A stretch of 64,000 nt of DNA from Candidatus Kapaibacterium sp. (GTDB lineage: Bacteria; Bacteroidota; Ignavibacteria; Kapaibacteriales; UBA2268), in NCBI GenBank assembly GCA_963664875.1, contig OY761611.1:1998111-2062110 (forward strand), written 5' to 3'. Positions within the stretch are counted from its first letter, which is position 1. Each line of letters starts with the position of its first letter. The notes under the pieces were generated by a model, which did no database searches, was not told the DNA's origin, and saw only the letters and a list, made by a program, of their open reading frames with translations. The translations under genes and the position numbers were made by a program. Below, one piece after another: positions 12,201 to 20,785 of this stretch.

Positions 12201-14287
12201 AGAACAGGATATGCATTAGGTATTCTCAAATCGATAGCACCACCAGCATAACCGGCTTTGTTATTTTCAAAGATTACAGGGTAATTACCGCCATAACCGA
12301 TAATTTCTTTAGAAGCTACACCACCGGCGCCATTTACAGACATTGCTCTTTTAGAGAATACTGCACCACCGAAAGTTTGAGCTACGTTATCTTTAAATTT
12401 GATATTGAAACCATAATCTCTTGTAAGCAATGAAGCATCAGAACCACCGATTACAGGTGATTTCATGTGGTCAACATTACCATCAACAAAAATCGCACCG
12501 CCAGCACCAGCTTCGTTACCTTGGAATAAAGTAGCGTTATTGATTGCATCGCGAGCAGGACCACCAACTACTTGCAAACGACCGATTGTATTTGCATGGA
12601 ACACAGCACCACCCATAGAGAAGTAACCGCTGTTAGAACCTGCAACATCGTCTTGCAAGAATTTAGTGTAAGTTTTGTTGAATTTGAATTCACCGGCTAA
12701 GATCATAGAAGTGTAATCACCAACGTACAAAGCACCACCACGTGCACCGTAAGTAGAGCCTGAGCTTTGGAAGTTACGAGCTTCGTTACCTTCAGCAACA
12801 AATTCGTCAGCATCAGCAAAAGTAATCAAATTACCATGAGCATCTTTTATAGTATTGTTTATACCAAAACCAACTTCAATCTGGCGAGGATTAGCACCGT
12901 AGAAACCGGCAACATAAATCGCACCACCGAAAGCGTGGTTACCATATTTTTGTGGGTAATTAGCAGGGTTGTCAGTATCGTCAACAACTACGTCAACGCC
13001 ACCGATTTTTTTAACAACAACATTAGCTAATTGAGCTTTGTTACCTGAGAAAGTAAGATTACGCATACGACCTAAGTAAAGAGCAACGCGAGCGTCGTCC
13101 CATGCTTGACGATCGAAATCTGTAGCAAATGGTTCCTGAACATCACTATCTATATTATCAATAGCAGGAACAGGATTATTTCTGATGATTTCAGAAATTT
13201 CGCCTTGAGCATTTACAATCTGAGGGTTTTTGTCAGAAGCATAAGTAGGCAATGAAGTAACATTTTTAGGGTAACCTTCTGGAGCTTGCAAAATCTGCAA
13301 TGCACCACCGCGGTTACGAGACATGTTATTTACAAATTCGCAATTCAACAACCAAGTTCTTGAAGACAAAGTAGTGATAACACCACCGCCACCATTAGTT
13401 AGAGTGCGAATTTTTTCATTCATTTCAGCAGTTTTAGCGCCGAATTCATTACCATTATAAATAGGGTCTCTATCTACAGTAGTGTCTTTTTTGAAACCTT
13501 CGAAACGTACGTTTCTAAAGAATGCAGCTCTTGCACCTGGAAGAACCACGATGTGACCCCATTCTCTTGAAGCGTTATTTACAGGTTGACCGATGAAGTT
13601 GATTTGTTCAGCTTCAACAGCAACATCTGCACCACTAACTCTTTTCCAAGGTTGAGTGTTTAGAAGGATGTCGATTTTAGGATCAAACTGCAAACGAGCG
13701 TTTTTGAACATTAACGCTTGTTCGAAAGGAACGATGAATTTGTGAGGACCAACCACGTCATTTGCTCTGTGGTTTGCATCAATCATCTGGAAGTCTTCGA
13801 TTTTTCTGTTTAGAGTATCGACAACAACATTGAAAACAGTGTTGTATTTAGATGTATGAACAGACAAATCGCGAGTAGTATTTACATCAACTGTTTTAGT
13901 GTCAGATGTATATCCTAAACCACGAGTGAAATAAGCCATATCAGCATAGCCGGTATAGCCGGAACCGGGAGCGATAGGGTTAACACCATCCGGTGCTTTA
14001 ATGTAATTAGCAACAGCTTCGCCATCGGCGATGATTCTACCACCAACTGAGTCAATTAGTCTTGAGTTAGGGTAGAAGTAAACTGTTGTACCCGGCTCGA
14101 TAATCAAAGACCCGCCAACTACGTAATTCTTATCGATTACGTAAACGGTATCTTTTTGGAACAACCTTACATCCCCGGGTGCTATTCGACCGGAAACGTA
14201 AGCTTGCGGTTTTTGAGCCATAGCCTGTCCAAACGAGAGGACACAGAGTAATACAGCTAAAAAGCTCAAACGAATCAATCGTTGCAT
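6287..14287 (-). CDS. Giant 2666-aa secreted multi-domain protein with a T9SS C-terminal sorting domain
   Basis: Signal peptide (LSFLAVLLCVLSFGQAMA). About 15 GGA[ILV]-type repeats (GGALQIL, GGAIYV, GGALYV, GGAVFH, GGAIFV, GGAIDL, GGAIYAL, GGAICMV) match the polymorphic-membrane-protein / parallel beta-helix motif. A block of ~7 Ycf48/BNR-like propeller repeats follows (GTVLKTTNAGKTW, GYILKTTDAGQTW, GTMLKTTNGGQDW, FKSVDGGLTW). C-terminus PNPVTTSANIEF...ELIDVLGNVV...GTYTIRMKAGNVSSSMPVVLVK is a CTD. Confidence 0.75.
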   Translation of the reverse strand: MQRLIRLSFLAVLLCVLSFGQAMAQKPQAYVSGRIAPGDVRLFQKDTVYVIDKNYVVGGSLIIEPGTTVYFYPNSRLIDSVGGRIIADGEAVANYIKAPDGVNPIAPGSGYTGYADMAYFTRGLGYTSDTKTVDVNTTRDLSVHTSKYNTVFNVVVDTLNRKIEDFQMIDANHRANDVVGPHKFIVPFEQALMFKNARLQFDPKIDILLNTQPWKRVSGADVAVEAEQINFIGQPVNNASREWGHIVVLPGARAAFFRNVRFEGFKKDTTVDRDPIYNGNEFGAKTAEMNEKIRTLTNGGGGVITTLSSRTWLLNCEFVNNMSRNRGGALQILQAPEGYPKNVTSLPTYASDKNPQIVNAQGEISEIIRNNPVPAIDNIDSDVQEPFATDFDRQAWDDARVALYLGRMRNLTFSGNKAQLANVVVKKIGGVDVVVDDTDNPANYPQKYGNHAFGGAIYVAGFYGANPRQIEVGFGINNTIKDAHGNLITFADADEFVAEGNEARNFQSSGSTYGARGGALYVGDYTSMILAGEFKFNKTYTKFLQDDVAGSNSGYFSMGGAVFHANTIGRLQVVGGPARDAINNATLFQGNEAGAGGAIFVDGNVDHMKSPVIGGSDASLLTRDYGFNIKFKDNVAQTFGGAVFSKRAMSVNGAGGVASKEIIGYGGNYPVIFENNKAGYAGGAIDLRIPNAYPVLPAHERACSFVRASFLGNTVGKDITVDANKPEIRGGGAIYALNADLTLVKGVEFAHNTVYNGNGGAICMVNPETSSKRFFITDVDDVQYDMYGMPVSYNSYNDVFTYDSENFPPDVRMLTRFYNNEIIVDDNILASQTGSGATQVNQGTQVTTNNIIATNWLDNNIGYGVGMGGLIVKFTNGGANWEYLTSGTNYRLTDVHFTDYQTGYVVGDRGTVLKTTNAGKTWVKMTTPVSAKINDVKFIGTNVAVAACDNGYILKTTDAGQTWTSTQPVTAHLNAVDFNDGLNNGFIVGDRGTMLKTTNGGQDWILRTVAGVTQNLKSVFFKNPNDGYAVGEGGIMMTTANKGDNWVINPNSPATHTINKVYFVAQTTGYMVGQFGTFFKSVDGGLTWTEEKVENKYAKYSFADIFFSAPNKGFVVGDAGLVLTNGATEWTSVKPADEGFTDVTRYHQEVMLPENGVGLGGALYILDSVTQNRIGRIDSVNFNRVRMVGNKSFTGSAVYSDNYDLKLIFNRSLIAGNDVDARNQYGWEQNTIDGPFNPNSNPKNLASSDLASTTIYGEVQGPLPSYIYSEAANSVYDNSARFFVRLPDAPNTKGLLAGITGIGSGGTDTLRGNYWGETQANIIFELPNAGGGIANARFETFYIEGDGETHMKTMYAADPTTLADPREQGPFESYNKYNYTPIPLVNDVNDVTLPGTNSIKETLLMSGRVYDVYDKGTDIKTADYSNRRMSPIEDFAVGIAPVVDRYAAAGEVFDGKYVRRMTRDPYMEDDAIVSKLITDFKEDSHPIGYPMFLESMVDYDGMIERSNHDTNVVNETVFFVINETTTDYIRVNMKQVAEAGANKEVFRARVELVPDSTNRNNKFLFRRNEEGLMNLGSGQPLLEKLARNPYNEDGAALQGRKYSVLEAINNYNLGDFAKIYSNRPDMPASNDGNQAYFAGERYKALPVNVGDTIRIVSRTVLWREGVVKAMEDGLKFGISESTNPPVFTGDVVKLQTEVPEYLAGSDIPNRPDTIQVEEFLNTKFVLEDHLYELGNNNNNVIVKITAKDLNKFIDPRSEIAGDQYSELFYDWNVDPNTAVSRWLMFDKVYRTTTDIANINVPSVADSANGYMIFRGRPLNPFVVPGGEDVTVTVSNFPPHYRVLDSLLAHDPNFDLNEIDKYIETYPEYFHAEKYDTDNARFLQQDTINFGTNYKRSYTFKLIVVDSVPQFADFVDMRDQAAVDAAKEVVEIRTDAQGTTKTWVEYTPSLSACDITDDGQLKANLTDKLRFQIDVNTNDENEDQWALAHDVAAGRTPWTFPYGKTAYGFQHVAYDNDGNVIDLDTLAVDFDSDGYDPSGISMINRIAPKWLAPEYMMTFDDATIPDVNGLLFTSKGQLNIRIDRAEAIELLTAKADSKSVNGALNLDTIVNIVVNDGHGAMALQQYKVLINIAPEIITEALDNAKEDEDYNIDLLDSNRMIHVKDANFDQTHEFELVYDINAADIPKDPCFPEAGAWNVKDELTAAGFNVADLTYATPAWLKINPKSGLLFGTPGVLDAPKTDPVFVVVRDEEGLPTIKVLQLQVDSLNHAPNYVAQQEVICADLGGNFRDEITISDRDLLRNIDGHEEELTIDIYYAQADWTKGQKITSKFTFSPSSLVGPINEEQDIEITASNLDLDRDPIDKSSARLLIVITDKYGEELVIPYIIRLADPTDFVADLTITNSIGAAKVLSFGTAPANATTGYGDDGKEVGIIDETHCEFELAPIPPLDAFDARWDIPATNGVARNIYPSNVDGLFRYNGQFQPGGENGATGPLVPVTIAWNTDQIPTDGQFFIKDRLTTDGNYYSFNMKDGEGNHVSTVQFEKNGSECTITINDLALTEFVIVYDPAMSIDDNEMFVTSLNSVSPNPVTTSANIEFTLTRSESVSFELIDVLGNVVEVINSGNYQAGTHTIDWKVANSGIVSGTYTIRMKAGNVSSSMPVVLVK

Positions 14288-14382
14288 GTTACCTCCAAAA
14301 AATAAATACTTAAATGAAAAAATTTATTTCTACTATTTAAATTGTTTCACACTTTTACGGCATAAAATGATGTAAGATGTAA

Positions 14383-15111
14383 TTACTCAATTTTCATGCC
14401 AAGACGTGCCAAGCCTGATTTAGCAAGCGTTGTAAACTCGTTCTGATATGTATCGGCAACTATCTGATTATAAAGCTCTTCAGCTTTTTTTGTATCTTTT
14501 GCCACTTCAAATAATTTACCTGCATAATATTTATATCTGAATTCTGTATTTTTTTGCACTGCTAATTGGCTTGCCTGAAGGTATAAATCCGCTGCTTCAA
14601 GAGCTTTTCCTTCTTTTTCCCTGCATGCTCCCATACCGGCTAAAGCACCCATTTTCAACACGTTAGACTCACTTTCGCCAGCCATATCAAAAAATTTTGC
14701 AGCTTCTGCCAATTTGTTTTGTACCAAATAAGCGTTTGCTGCATACAATGCTGCCTGCATACCCTGATCAGTACCTGAGTACTGCTCAGCCACTTCCGGA
14801 AGACTCATGATAGGCATTCCGTCGATTTTTATAGACTTATCGCCATTGAGTGCTTTGTCGTATTCGCCGTTAAAATAATAAGCCTGAATACGGGATAGAG
14901 CCACAGATGCTTCGTTAATCTCTTCTTCTTTCTGGGAGTTAACGAAATATCCGACTAATAAAACTACTAATAGACCGGCAGCTCCTGCCAAGATATAACG
15001 ACCATATTTCTTTACTTTTTCCATTATGTCTTCATGGTCGTCTATCAAAATCTCGTTCTCAACCTGAATCATAGGTTCTTGATTGAGCTCTTCTTGGTTT
15101 TTCATTATCAA
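14383..15111 (-). CDS. Membrane-anchored TPR-like protein (YfgM-like)
   Basis: A single transmembrane helix after an acidic N-terminus (YILAGAAGLLVVLLVGYFV), followed by Ala/Leu/Tyr-rich helical-repeat sequence typical of TPR-like folds. Confidence 0.5.
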   Translation of the reverse strand: MIMKNQEELNQEPMIQVENEILIDDHEDIMEKVKKYGRYILAGAAGLLVVLLVGYFVNSQKEEEINEASVALSRIQAYYFNGEYDKALNGDKSIKIDGMPIMSLPEVAEQYSGTDQGMQAALYAANAYLVQNKLAEAAKFFDMAGESESNVLKMGALAGMGACREKEGKALEAADLYLQASQLAVQKNTEFRYKYYAGKLFEVAKDTKKAEELYNQIVADTYQNEFTTLAKSGLARLGMKIE

Positions 15112-15140
15112 CCTTTCTTCTATATTTTTAAAATACTTAG

Positions 15141-15214
15141 CACGCCCGAAGGGATTCGAACCCCCAACCTCTGGAACCGGAATCCAACACTCTATCCAGT
15201 TGAGCTACGGGCGT
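15141..15214 (-). tRNA. tRNA-Arg (anticodon CCG)
   Basis: The reverse complement reads ACGCCCGTAGCTCAACTGGATAGAGTGTTGGATTCCGGTTCCAGAGGTTGGGGGTTCGAATCCCTTCGGGCGTG. This gives a 7-bp acceptor stem (ACGCCCG/CGGGCGT), D-arm GCTC..GAGT, anticodon stem TTGGA/TCCAG with loop TTCCGGT (anticodon CCG), T-loop GGTTCGAATCC, and discriminator G. CCA is not encoded. Confidence 0.85.
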
Positions 15215-15375
15215 AAATATACTATACGCTCCTTAGCCTACAAATATAAAACACATACCTTACATTTCCAATCTAAATTGTGAATGAATTCAAGGTATGT
15301 GTCTTTTATCTGTTTTTTCTTGTCAATGCTATTCCACAGTGTCAGGTTTTTTACACATTACACAAAATGTGTCAA

Positions 15376-17505
15376 CTAATACCTGACAGTTTCCAAAGCA
15401 GCCAATTTTACATCTTCAATATTTAGCAATATACTCTTTTCGTACTCTTTCGCAAAACCTACCGGAGTATTTTTTGAGCCTATTCTTTTTACAGGTGCGT
15501 CTAAGTATTTGAACATTTTATCTGTTATTTCCGCAGCTATTTCGCCACCAAATCCACCGATAACTCTGTCCTCATGAGCAATTAGTACTTTGCCTGTTTT
15601 TTCAACAGAGGCGAATACGGTTTCCTTATCCCAAGGGGCAAGAGTTCTTAAGTCTATTACTTCTGCTTCGATACCTTCTTTTGCCAACTCTTCAGCAGCG
15701 AATAATGAAAGATGGACAGCAGTACCATAACTAACGATGGTCAAATCTTTGCCTTCTCTTCTGATTTTCGCCTTGCCAAAAGGTACGATGAAATCATCTC
15801 CGGGTTTAGGAGCAGCTGCAGGTTTAAAATTATATAAAAATTTTGGTTCGAGGAACATAGTCGGACCTTCGGAACGAATTGAATTACGCATTAGCCCCAC
15901 AGCATCATCAGCAAATGCAGGAATTACTACTCTAATCCCAGGCTGTGTTGTGAATATTGCTTCAAGATTTTGTGAGTGATAAAGTCCGCCTTGAATATAG
16001 CCACCACTTGCCAGCCTAAGAGTAACGTTAGGTGAAAATTGTCCTTTTGTTCTCCAGTATTCGTGAGTCAGTTCAATAAACTGTTCCATAGCCGGCCAGA
16101 AGTAATCTGCAAATTCAGCACCTTCAATCACAACTCGTATATCTTTGTCGTATCTACTGAATCCGTTAGCAGAGCCAACTATTAAATCTTCAGCTATAGG
16201 GGCATTAAAGATTCTGTCTTTTCCAAATTCTTCAGGCATTCCTTTTACTATATTAAAAACGCCACCTTTACCTATGTCCTGCCCCCACATAAACGTTTTT
16301 GGGTTTCTTCTGAATTCACCTTTTAATGCTAAATTCAGACCTTCCAGATAAGTAATGGGTTCAGCATTTGGGTCAATATCTTTTTCTTTATCATCCCATA
16401 TATTAATGTATGCAGGAGGCATTAAAAATTCCATATAGGAATCCCCGTTTGCGTTTGGTGCTGCTTCGGCTTTGTCCGCAGCTGCAAACATTTCGATTTT
16501 ATTATCCTCTTCAATTTTCAGAACTTCTTCTTCTGTAAGTATGCCTCTGTTAATTACATGCCATCTAAACTGCATCAGTGGATCACGCCTTTTCACAGCA
16601 GCGAGCTCTTCTTCTGATCTGTAAGATTCATGCCTGTCTGAGTTAGAGTGAGAAGTTACACGGTCGCAATCAGCATGAACCATCGCCGGTCCATTACCTT
16701 CGAGAGAATAATTCCTTGCTTCTTCTAAGGCTCTAAAAGAATCAAATGGGTCTCTACCGTCGCAGTTGATAATTTTTAGGTTTTTCATACCGCTATAGTT
16801 GTCAGAAACAACATGATTAGCTGTCTGATCTATAATTGGTACTGAAATGCCGTATTTGTTGTTTTGAATAACATAAATTACCGGCAATTTTTCTAATGTC
16901 GCTGCATTTAATGATTCCCAGAAGTATCCTTCGGAAATTGCAGATTCGCCACTTGAATAATATGCCACAATATCATCGTTAAATTTTTTTGCAGCTCTTG
17001 CAAGTCCAACTGCGTGAAGTGAATGATTGCCTGTGCAAGAAGAAACATTTTGAATATTTATCGAAGGTTTAGCGAAGTGGTTACTCATGTGTCTTCCACC
17101 TCCTGCGACGTCAGTTTCTTTACTCAAGCCGTTAAGAATTATTTCTTCAGGAGTAATTCCTGCGGCAAGACTAGTCATCATATCACGATAATAAGGGAAC
17201 AAGTAATCTTTCTTTTGTCTGAAAATGCGTCCGAGAGCCAATTGGATTCCGTCATGACCTGCAAAAGGAGCATGATAAGACCATCCTTTAGCCATTTTTA
17301 AATAAAGAGCAGCTTTTTCATCCATTTTTCTGCCGAGATGCATTAGCTTATACCACTCTATAATCTTTTCTTTATCAAAACCTTCGAAATCAAATTTGCT
17401 CGAAAGTTCTATTTCTACCTCTTTGCCATTGTAAATCATTTTCTCTACAGAAGGCACCACTTTGTCACCGGCCTTTTTCGAGTTAGTCGCTTTCTTTGCT
17501 GCCAT
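15376..17505 (-). CDS. 2-oxoacid dehydrogenase E1 component with fused alpha and beta subunits (TPP-dependent)
   Basis: The N-terminal half has E1-alpha TPP-binding features (SSGESAISEGYFWESLNAA, VIYVIQNNKYGISVP). The C-terminal half is E1-beta / transketolase C-like (FMWGQDIG..GGVF, RIFNAPIAE, GIRVVIPAFADDAVGLMR, EPKFLY). Confidence 0.85.
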   Translation of the reverse strand: MAAKKATNSKKAGDKVVPSVEKMIYNGKEVEIELSSKFDFEGFDKEKIIEWYKLMHLGRKMDEKAALYLKMAKGWSYHAPFAGHDGIQLALGRIFRQKKDYLFPYYRDMMTSLAAGITPEEIILNGLSKETDVAGGGRHMSNHFAKPSINIQNVSSCTGNHSLHAVGLARAAKKFNDDIVAYYSSGESAISEGYFWESLNAATLEKLPVIYVIQNNKYGISVPIIDQTANHVVSDNYSGMKNLKIINCDGRDPFDSFRALEEARNYSLEGNGPAMVHADCDRVTSHSNSDRHESYRSEEELAAVKRRDPLMQFRWHVINRGILTEEEVLKIEEDNKIEMFAAADKAEAAPNANGDSYMEFLMPPAYINIWDDKEKDIDPNAEPITYLEGLNLALKGEFRRNPKTFMWGQDIGKGGVFNIVKGMPEEFGKDRIFNAPIAEDLIVGSANGFSRYDKDIRVVIEGAEFADYFWPAMEQFIELTHEYWRTKGQFSPNVTLRLASGGYIQGGLYHSQNLEAIFTTQPGIRVVIPAFADDAVGLMRNSIRSEGPTMFLEPKFLYNFKPAAAPKPGDDFIVPFGKAKIRREGKDLTIVSYGTAVHLSLFAAEELAKEGIEAEVIDLRTLAPWDKETVFASVEKTGKVLIAHEDRVIGGFGGEIAAEITDKMFKYLDAPVKRIGSKNTPVGFAKEYEKSILLNIEDVKLAALETVRY

Positions 17506-17605
17506 CGTTCTATTCCATATTTTTTATTAATACTAATTATTTTCTTTGTCGTAACTAAATCGGCTTGCACCAATATGGATAGAACGAATATTGCCAATAG
17601 AGATT

Positions 17606-18976
17606 TTATATTAAATCATTTTTTAGGTATTCCGAAATATATTTAGGATTTATATCAGGGTAAGTTAATGTTATGATTTTTATTAGTTTACCAACGTTTT
17701 TAATAGGATCTGTCGCAATTTTGAGCTGGCTCATAGTTTCTGTATCAAGTACTTTGTTTATACTTTGAGCGATATACTCTCTATCATTATTATATATCAT
17801 TTTGTTCTTTTTCGCAAATTCTATGTAATCGAAATTACAATCAACTATCGAGAGTTTAAGAAGCTCTACACAACTTTCTTTGCTAATCTGTTCGTCTGCT
17901 AAAAGTTTTAAAATATCTACAAAGCAATGTTGGTACTCAATTTTCTTAGCATCTACAAACACTGCAGCGGATAATACATTAAACAAAAGATTTGGCTTTA
18001 GATTGCTAATCTCTTTGCGAATCATATCAAAAAGATTGGAATGTTCAAAGTTATCTCTTAAGTACTCAACTGAATTTTTTTCTAACCCTATAGAACTATA
18101 TAATAATAATTTATCGGATGGAGGTACAAATTTTGTAGGAACACTTCCCGGCATTTTAAGCAGAGGCAAGTCAGGCTCTTTCATGTAACGATAGCTTAGT
18201 TTACTATCTCCATTCCGCAAAGGAATTGTACTGCCCTCGTCTTCATTTACAGTGCGTGTCTCTGAAACAGGAAGCCCCCCATTGTCAATTATTTCAATTT
18301 GTCTTTGCCATTCAAATTCCAAAGCTTTTTCCAATACTTTAAAGCTATTTACATTCTTAATTTCTACTTTGTATGCGGGCAATTCTTGATCAGTACTTAT
18401 AGAAATATTTGCATCACATCGAAGATCACCATCCTGCATCTCCCCATTTGATATGCCAAGATATATTGCTGTAAGTCTGACATTTCTAAAACACTCAACC
18501 GCATCAGCAGCTGAGCGTATTGTTGGCTTAGTAACTACTTCCAATAGTGGAGCTGAAGAACGATTAAAATCAACAAGCGTGGCATCTCTGTTATGCTTCA
18601 TTTTGGCGGCATCTTCTTCTATGTGCATTTTTTCTAACTCGACTATGCCGGAAGATGTTTTTATTGTGCCTCCAAAGGCGAGCGGAAAAAAGAACTGAGT
18701 AATTTGATATCCTTTCGGCAAGTCGGGATAAAAGTAATTCTTCCTGTCGAAAGCAAGTACATCATTTGCTTTTGCACCAACTGCATCGGCAAATTGGAGT
18801 GCATATTTAACAGCTTTAATGTTCAAAACAGGTAAAGTACCGGGATAACCAAGACAGTATGGACATATATTTGTGTTCGGCTCAGAAATTTTGTTATAAC
18901 ATCTACAAAACAGCTTAGTTTCAGTATTTAGTCTTATGTGAATTTCCAGCCCGATATTGCAATAGTATTTCTGCAT
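17606..18976 (-). CDS. gatB: Asp/Glu-tRNA amidotransferase subunit B
   Basis: N-terminal GatB signature (IGLEIHIRLNTETKLFC), PET112-type catalytic region, and C-terminal GatB/YqeY helical domain. Length 456 aa. Confidence 0.85.
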   Translation of the reverse strand: MQKYYCNIGLEIHIRLNTETKLFCRCYNKISEPNTNICPYCLGYPGTLPVLNIKAVKYALQFADAVGAKANDVLAFDRKNYFYPDLPKGYQITQFFFPLAFGGTIKTSSGIVELEKMHIEEDAAKMKHNRDATLVDFNRSSAPLLEVVTKPTIRSAADAVECFRNVRLTAIYLGISNGEMQDGDLRCDANISISTDQELPAYKVEIKNVNSFKVLEKALEFEWQRQIEIIDNGGLPVSETRTVNEDEGSTIPLRNGDSKLSYRYMKEPDLPLLKMPGSVPTKFVPPSDKLLLYSSIGLEKNSVEYLRDNFEHSNLFDMIRKEISNLKPNLLFNVLSAAVFVDAKKIEYQHCFVDILKLLADEQISKESCVELLKLSIVDCNFDYIEFAKKNKMIYNNDREYIAQSINKVLDTETMSQLKIATDPIKNVGKLIKIITLTYPDINPKYISEYLKNDLI

Positions 18977-19051
18977 AACCGTTTGTGCCTTTACCTTATA
19001 TTGCTTACTTAAACAACAGTATTATTACTTACGTATATTTTTACTATCTAT

Positions 19052-19732
19052 ATGCCTACTAATAAAAATACATATATTATTGGAGATATCCATGGGTGTA
19101 TTCATACTTTACGATATCTACTTTATTTGCAGCTAAAAGTTGAAAAGAAAGACAGACTATACTTCATGGGCGACTATATTGACCGAGGTCCAAATTCTAA
19201 AGCTGTATTAGATGAATTTATTATGCTAAGAAACAACGGCTTTGAGATACATCTGCTAAGAGGCAATCATGAGCAGATGATGTTGGATTCCCTCCTATCA
19301 GAAAAGCAACACACACATTGGGTTAAAAATGGCGGAATATTCACTCTTCAGAGCTTTAAAGTTGCACACGGTAAAGATATTCCTGAAAAGTACTACAGAA
19401 TGCTCGAAACGATGGATTATTTTTATGAATTAGAAGAGTTTTTTCTTGTACATGGTGGCATGAATTTCCTAGAAGAAGACCCATTCTGCCATAAAGAAGA
19501 CATGCTATGGATAAGAAATGATAAGATTGATAAGAGTAAGACAAAAGGAAAAAGAATAATAGTTGGCCACACCCCTGTGAGTCCCGCAGAATCATACGAA
19601 TCTTTAAAATCTGACATCATAATGATAGATACAGGCTGTATTTACAAGAAAATAGATACTTCTCTTGGCTATCTGACTGCCTTCAATCCTGATACAAAAC
19701 GTTTTTACCGTGCAGAAAATATGGATACATAG
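19052..19732 (+). CDS. PPP-family serine/threonine phosphatase / metallophosphoesterase (PrpA/ApaH-like)
   Basis: Metallophosphatase motifs GDIHG, GDYIDRGP, GNHE, and HGG in the canonical order. Confidence 0.75.
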   Translation: MPTNKNTYIIGDIHGCIHTLRYLLYLQLKVEKKDRLYFMGDYIDRGPNSKAVLDEFIMLRNNGFEIHLLRGNHEQMMLDSLLSEKQHTHWVKNGGIFTLQSFKVAHGKDIPEKYYRMLETMDYFYELEEFFLVHGGMNFLEEDPFCHKEDMLWIRNDKIDKSKTKGKRIIVGHTPVSPAESYESLKSDIIMIDTGCIYKKIDTSLGYLTAFNPDTKRFYRAENMDT

Positions 19733-19759
19733 CCTCACTTTGTGAAATAATTTGATTTC

Positions 19760-20785
19760 TCAGCGCCCGGCATTCTTCCGAAATATTCTTATATTTTCCG
19801 TATGCCCATTAATATCTTCTGAGAAATTGTGCTTACCACTGCCGTCACCGACTGCTACCATGTAAAACCACTTGTGATGTTCGTAGTCAAGCACGGCCTC
19901 CAAAGAGGCCTTACTCGGGTTATTGATTGGTCCCGGAGGCAGTCCTGCATATTTATAAGTATTGTAAGCATTATCGATTTCTAAATCTTTATAGAGCACC
20001 CTGCGTTTTTCTCCTATTGCAAACTGCACAGTAGGATCTGCCTGCAAGAGCCAGCCGTTTTTTAGTCTGTTCATATATAGACCTGCAACAGTTTTTCTTT
20101 CAGTAACGGAGGGTGTTTCTGCTTCAACTATTGAGGCTAAAGTAGTAATTTGGTGGACTGTCATATTCATAGCTTTGGCTTTTGCTATGTTTTCATCAGT
20201 CCAAAAGTCAGAAAATTCGCTTAACAATTTATCTAAGATTTGTGGTTCTTTGTCATCCATAAAGAAAGTATAGGTATTTGGCAAAAGATACCCAAGTGCA
20301 TTGTCTTGATAGATTCCATATTTTGCAAGGATGTCTTTATCAGAACACAACCTAAAAAACTTTGCAGAATCAAGATTCATTTCTTGCCGAATGATTGAAG
20401 CATATCTTTTTACATCCAAACCTTCGGGAAAGGTAAGTGTAGCTGTATATAAATTATCTCCTGTAAATATTGATTCTATCAAATCAATATTGCTGATACC
20501 CTGTTCAAATTTATAATAACCTGCCTGTAGAGAATTTTTTTTCTTGCCGGCAATGTATCTTATGTATGCATCAAAAAACCAATCAGGATGCAACGCACCT
20601 TTTTCCTGAAGCATATCTATAGTTTTATAAACAGAAGTGCCGTAAGGAATCCTCAACACGATTGCACTGTCTGCTGCCGGTCTGTGGAGCATATCTTTGT
20701 ACCACAAATAGGAACCTGCAGCAGAAACAATAAACAAGACAAGTATAGAAATGAAAACATATTTTAGAAACTTCATTTCTACCAC
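19760..20785 (-). CDS. mltG: Endolytic murein transglycosylase MltG (YceG family)
   Basis: N-terminal transmembrane anchor, then a YceG-like domain (LQAGYYKF, PEGL, YNTY..GLPPGPI). Length ~340 aa. Confidence 0.8.
   Translation of the reverse strand: MVEMKFLKYVFISILVLFIVSAAGSYLWYKDMLHRPAADSAIVLRIPYGTSVYKTIDMLQEKGALHPDWFFDAYIRYIAGKKKNSLQAGYYKFEQGISNIDLIESIFTGDNLYTATLTFPEGLDVKRYASIIRQEMNLDSAKFFRLCSDKDILAKYGIYQDNALGYLLPNTYTFFMDDKEPQILDKLLSEFSDFWTDENIAKAKAMNMTVHQITTLASIVEAETPSVTERKTVAGLYMNRLKNGWLLQADPTVQFAIGEKRRVLYKDLEIDNAYNTYKYAGLPPGPINNPSKASLEAVLDYEHHKWFYMVAVGDGSGKHNFSEDINGHTENIRIFRKNAGR

Noticed and set aside
6974-13030. About 15 short plus-strand ORFs (60-116 aa) inside the 2666-aa minus-strand gene
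   Set aside because: They are antisense shadow ORFs within a continuous, domain-rich coding frame, with no independent signals.
15034-15283. Two 60-66-aa plus-strand ORFs overlapping the tRNA-Arg
   Set aside because: They overlap a well-folded tRNA on the opposite strand and are therefore spurious.
15141-15375. tRNA-Arg as an integration site for a genomic island or prophage
   Set aside because: No integrase, no direct repeat of the tRNA 3' end, and no phage genes on either side. The flanking genes are a TPR membrane protein and a dehydrogenase.
19356-19620. Minus-strand ORFs antisense to the phosphatase gene
   Set aside because: They are shadow ORFs inside a gene with clear metallophosphatase motifs.
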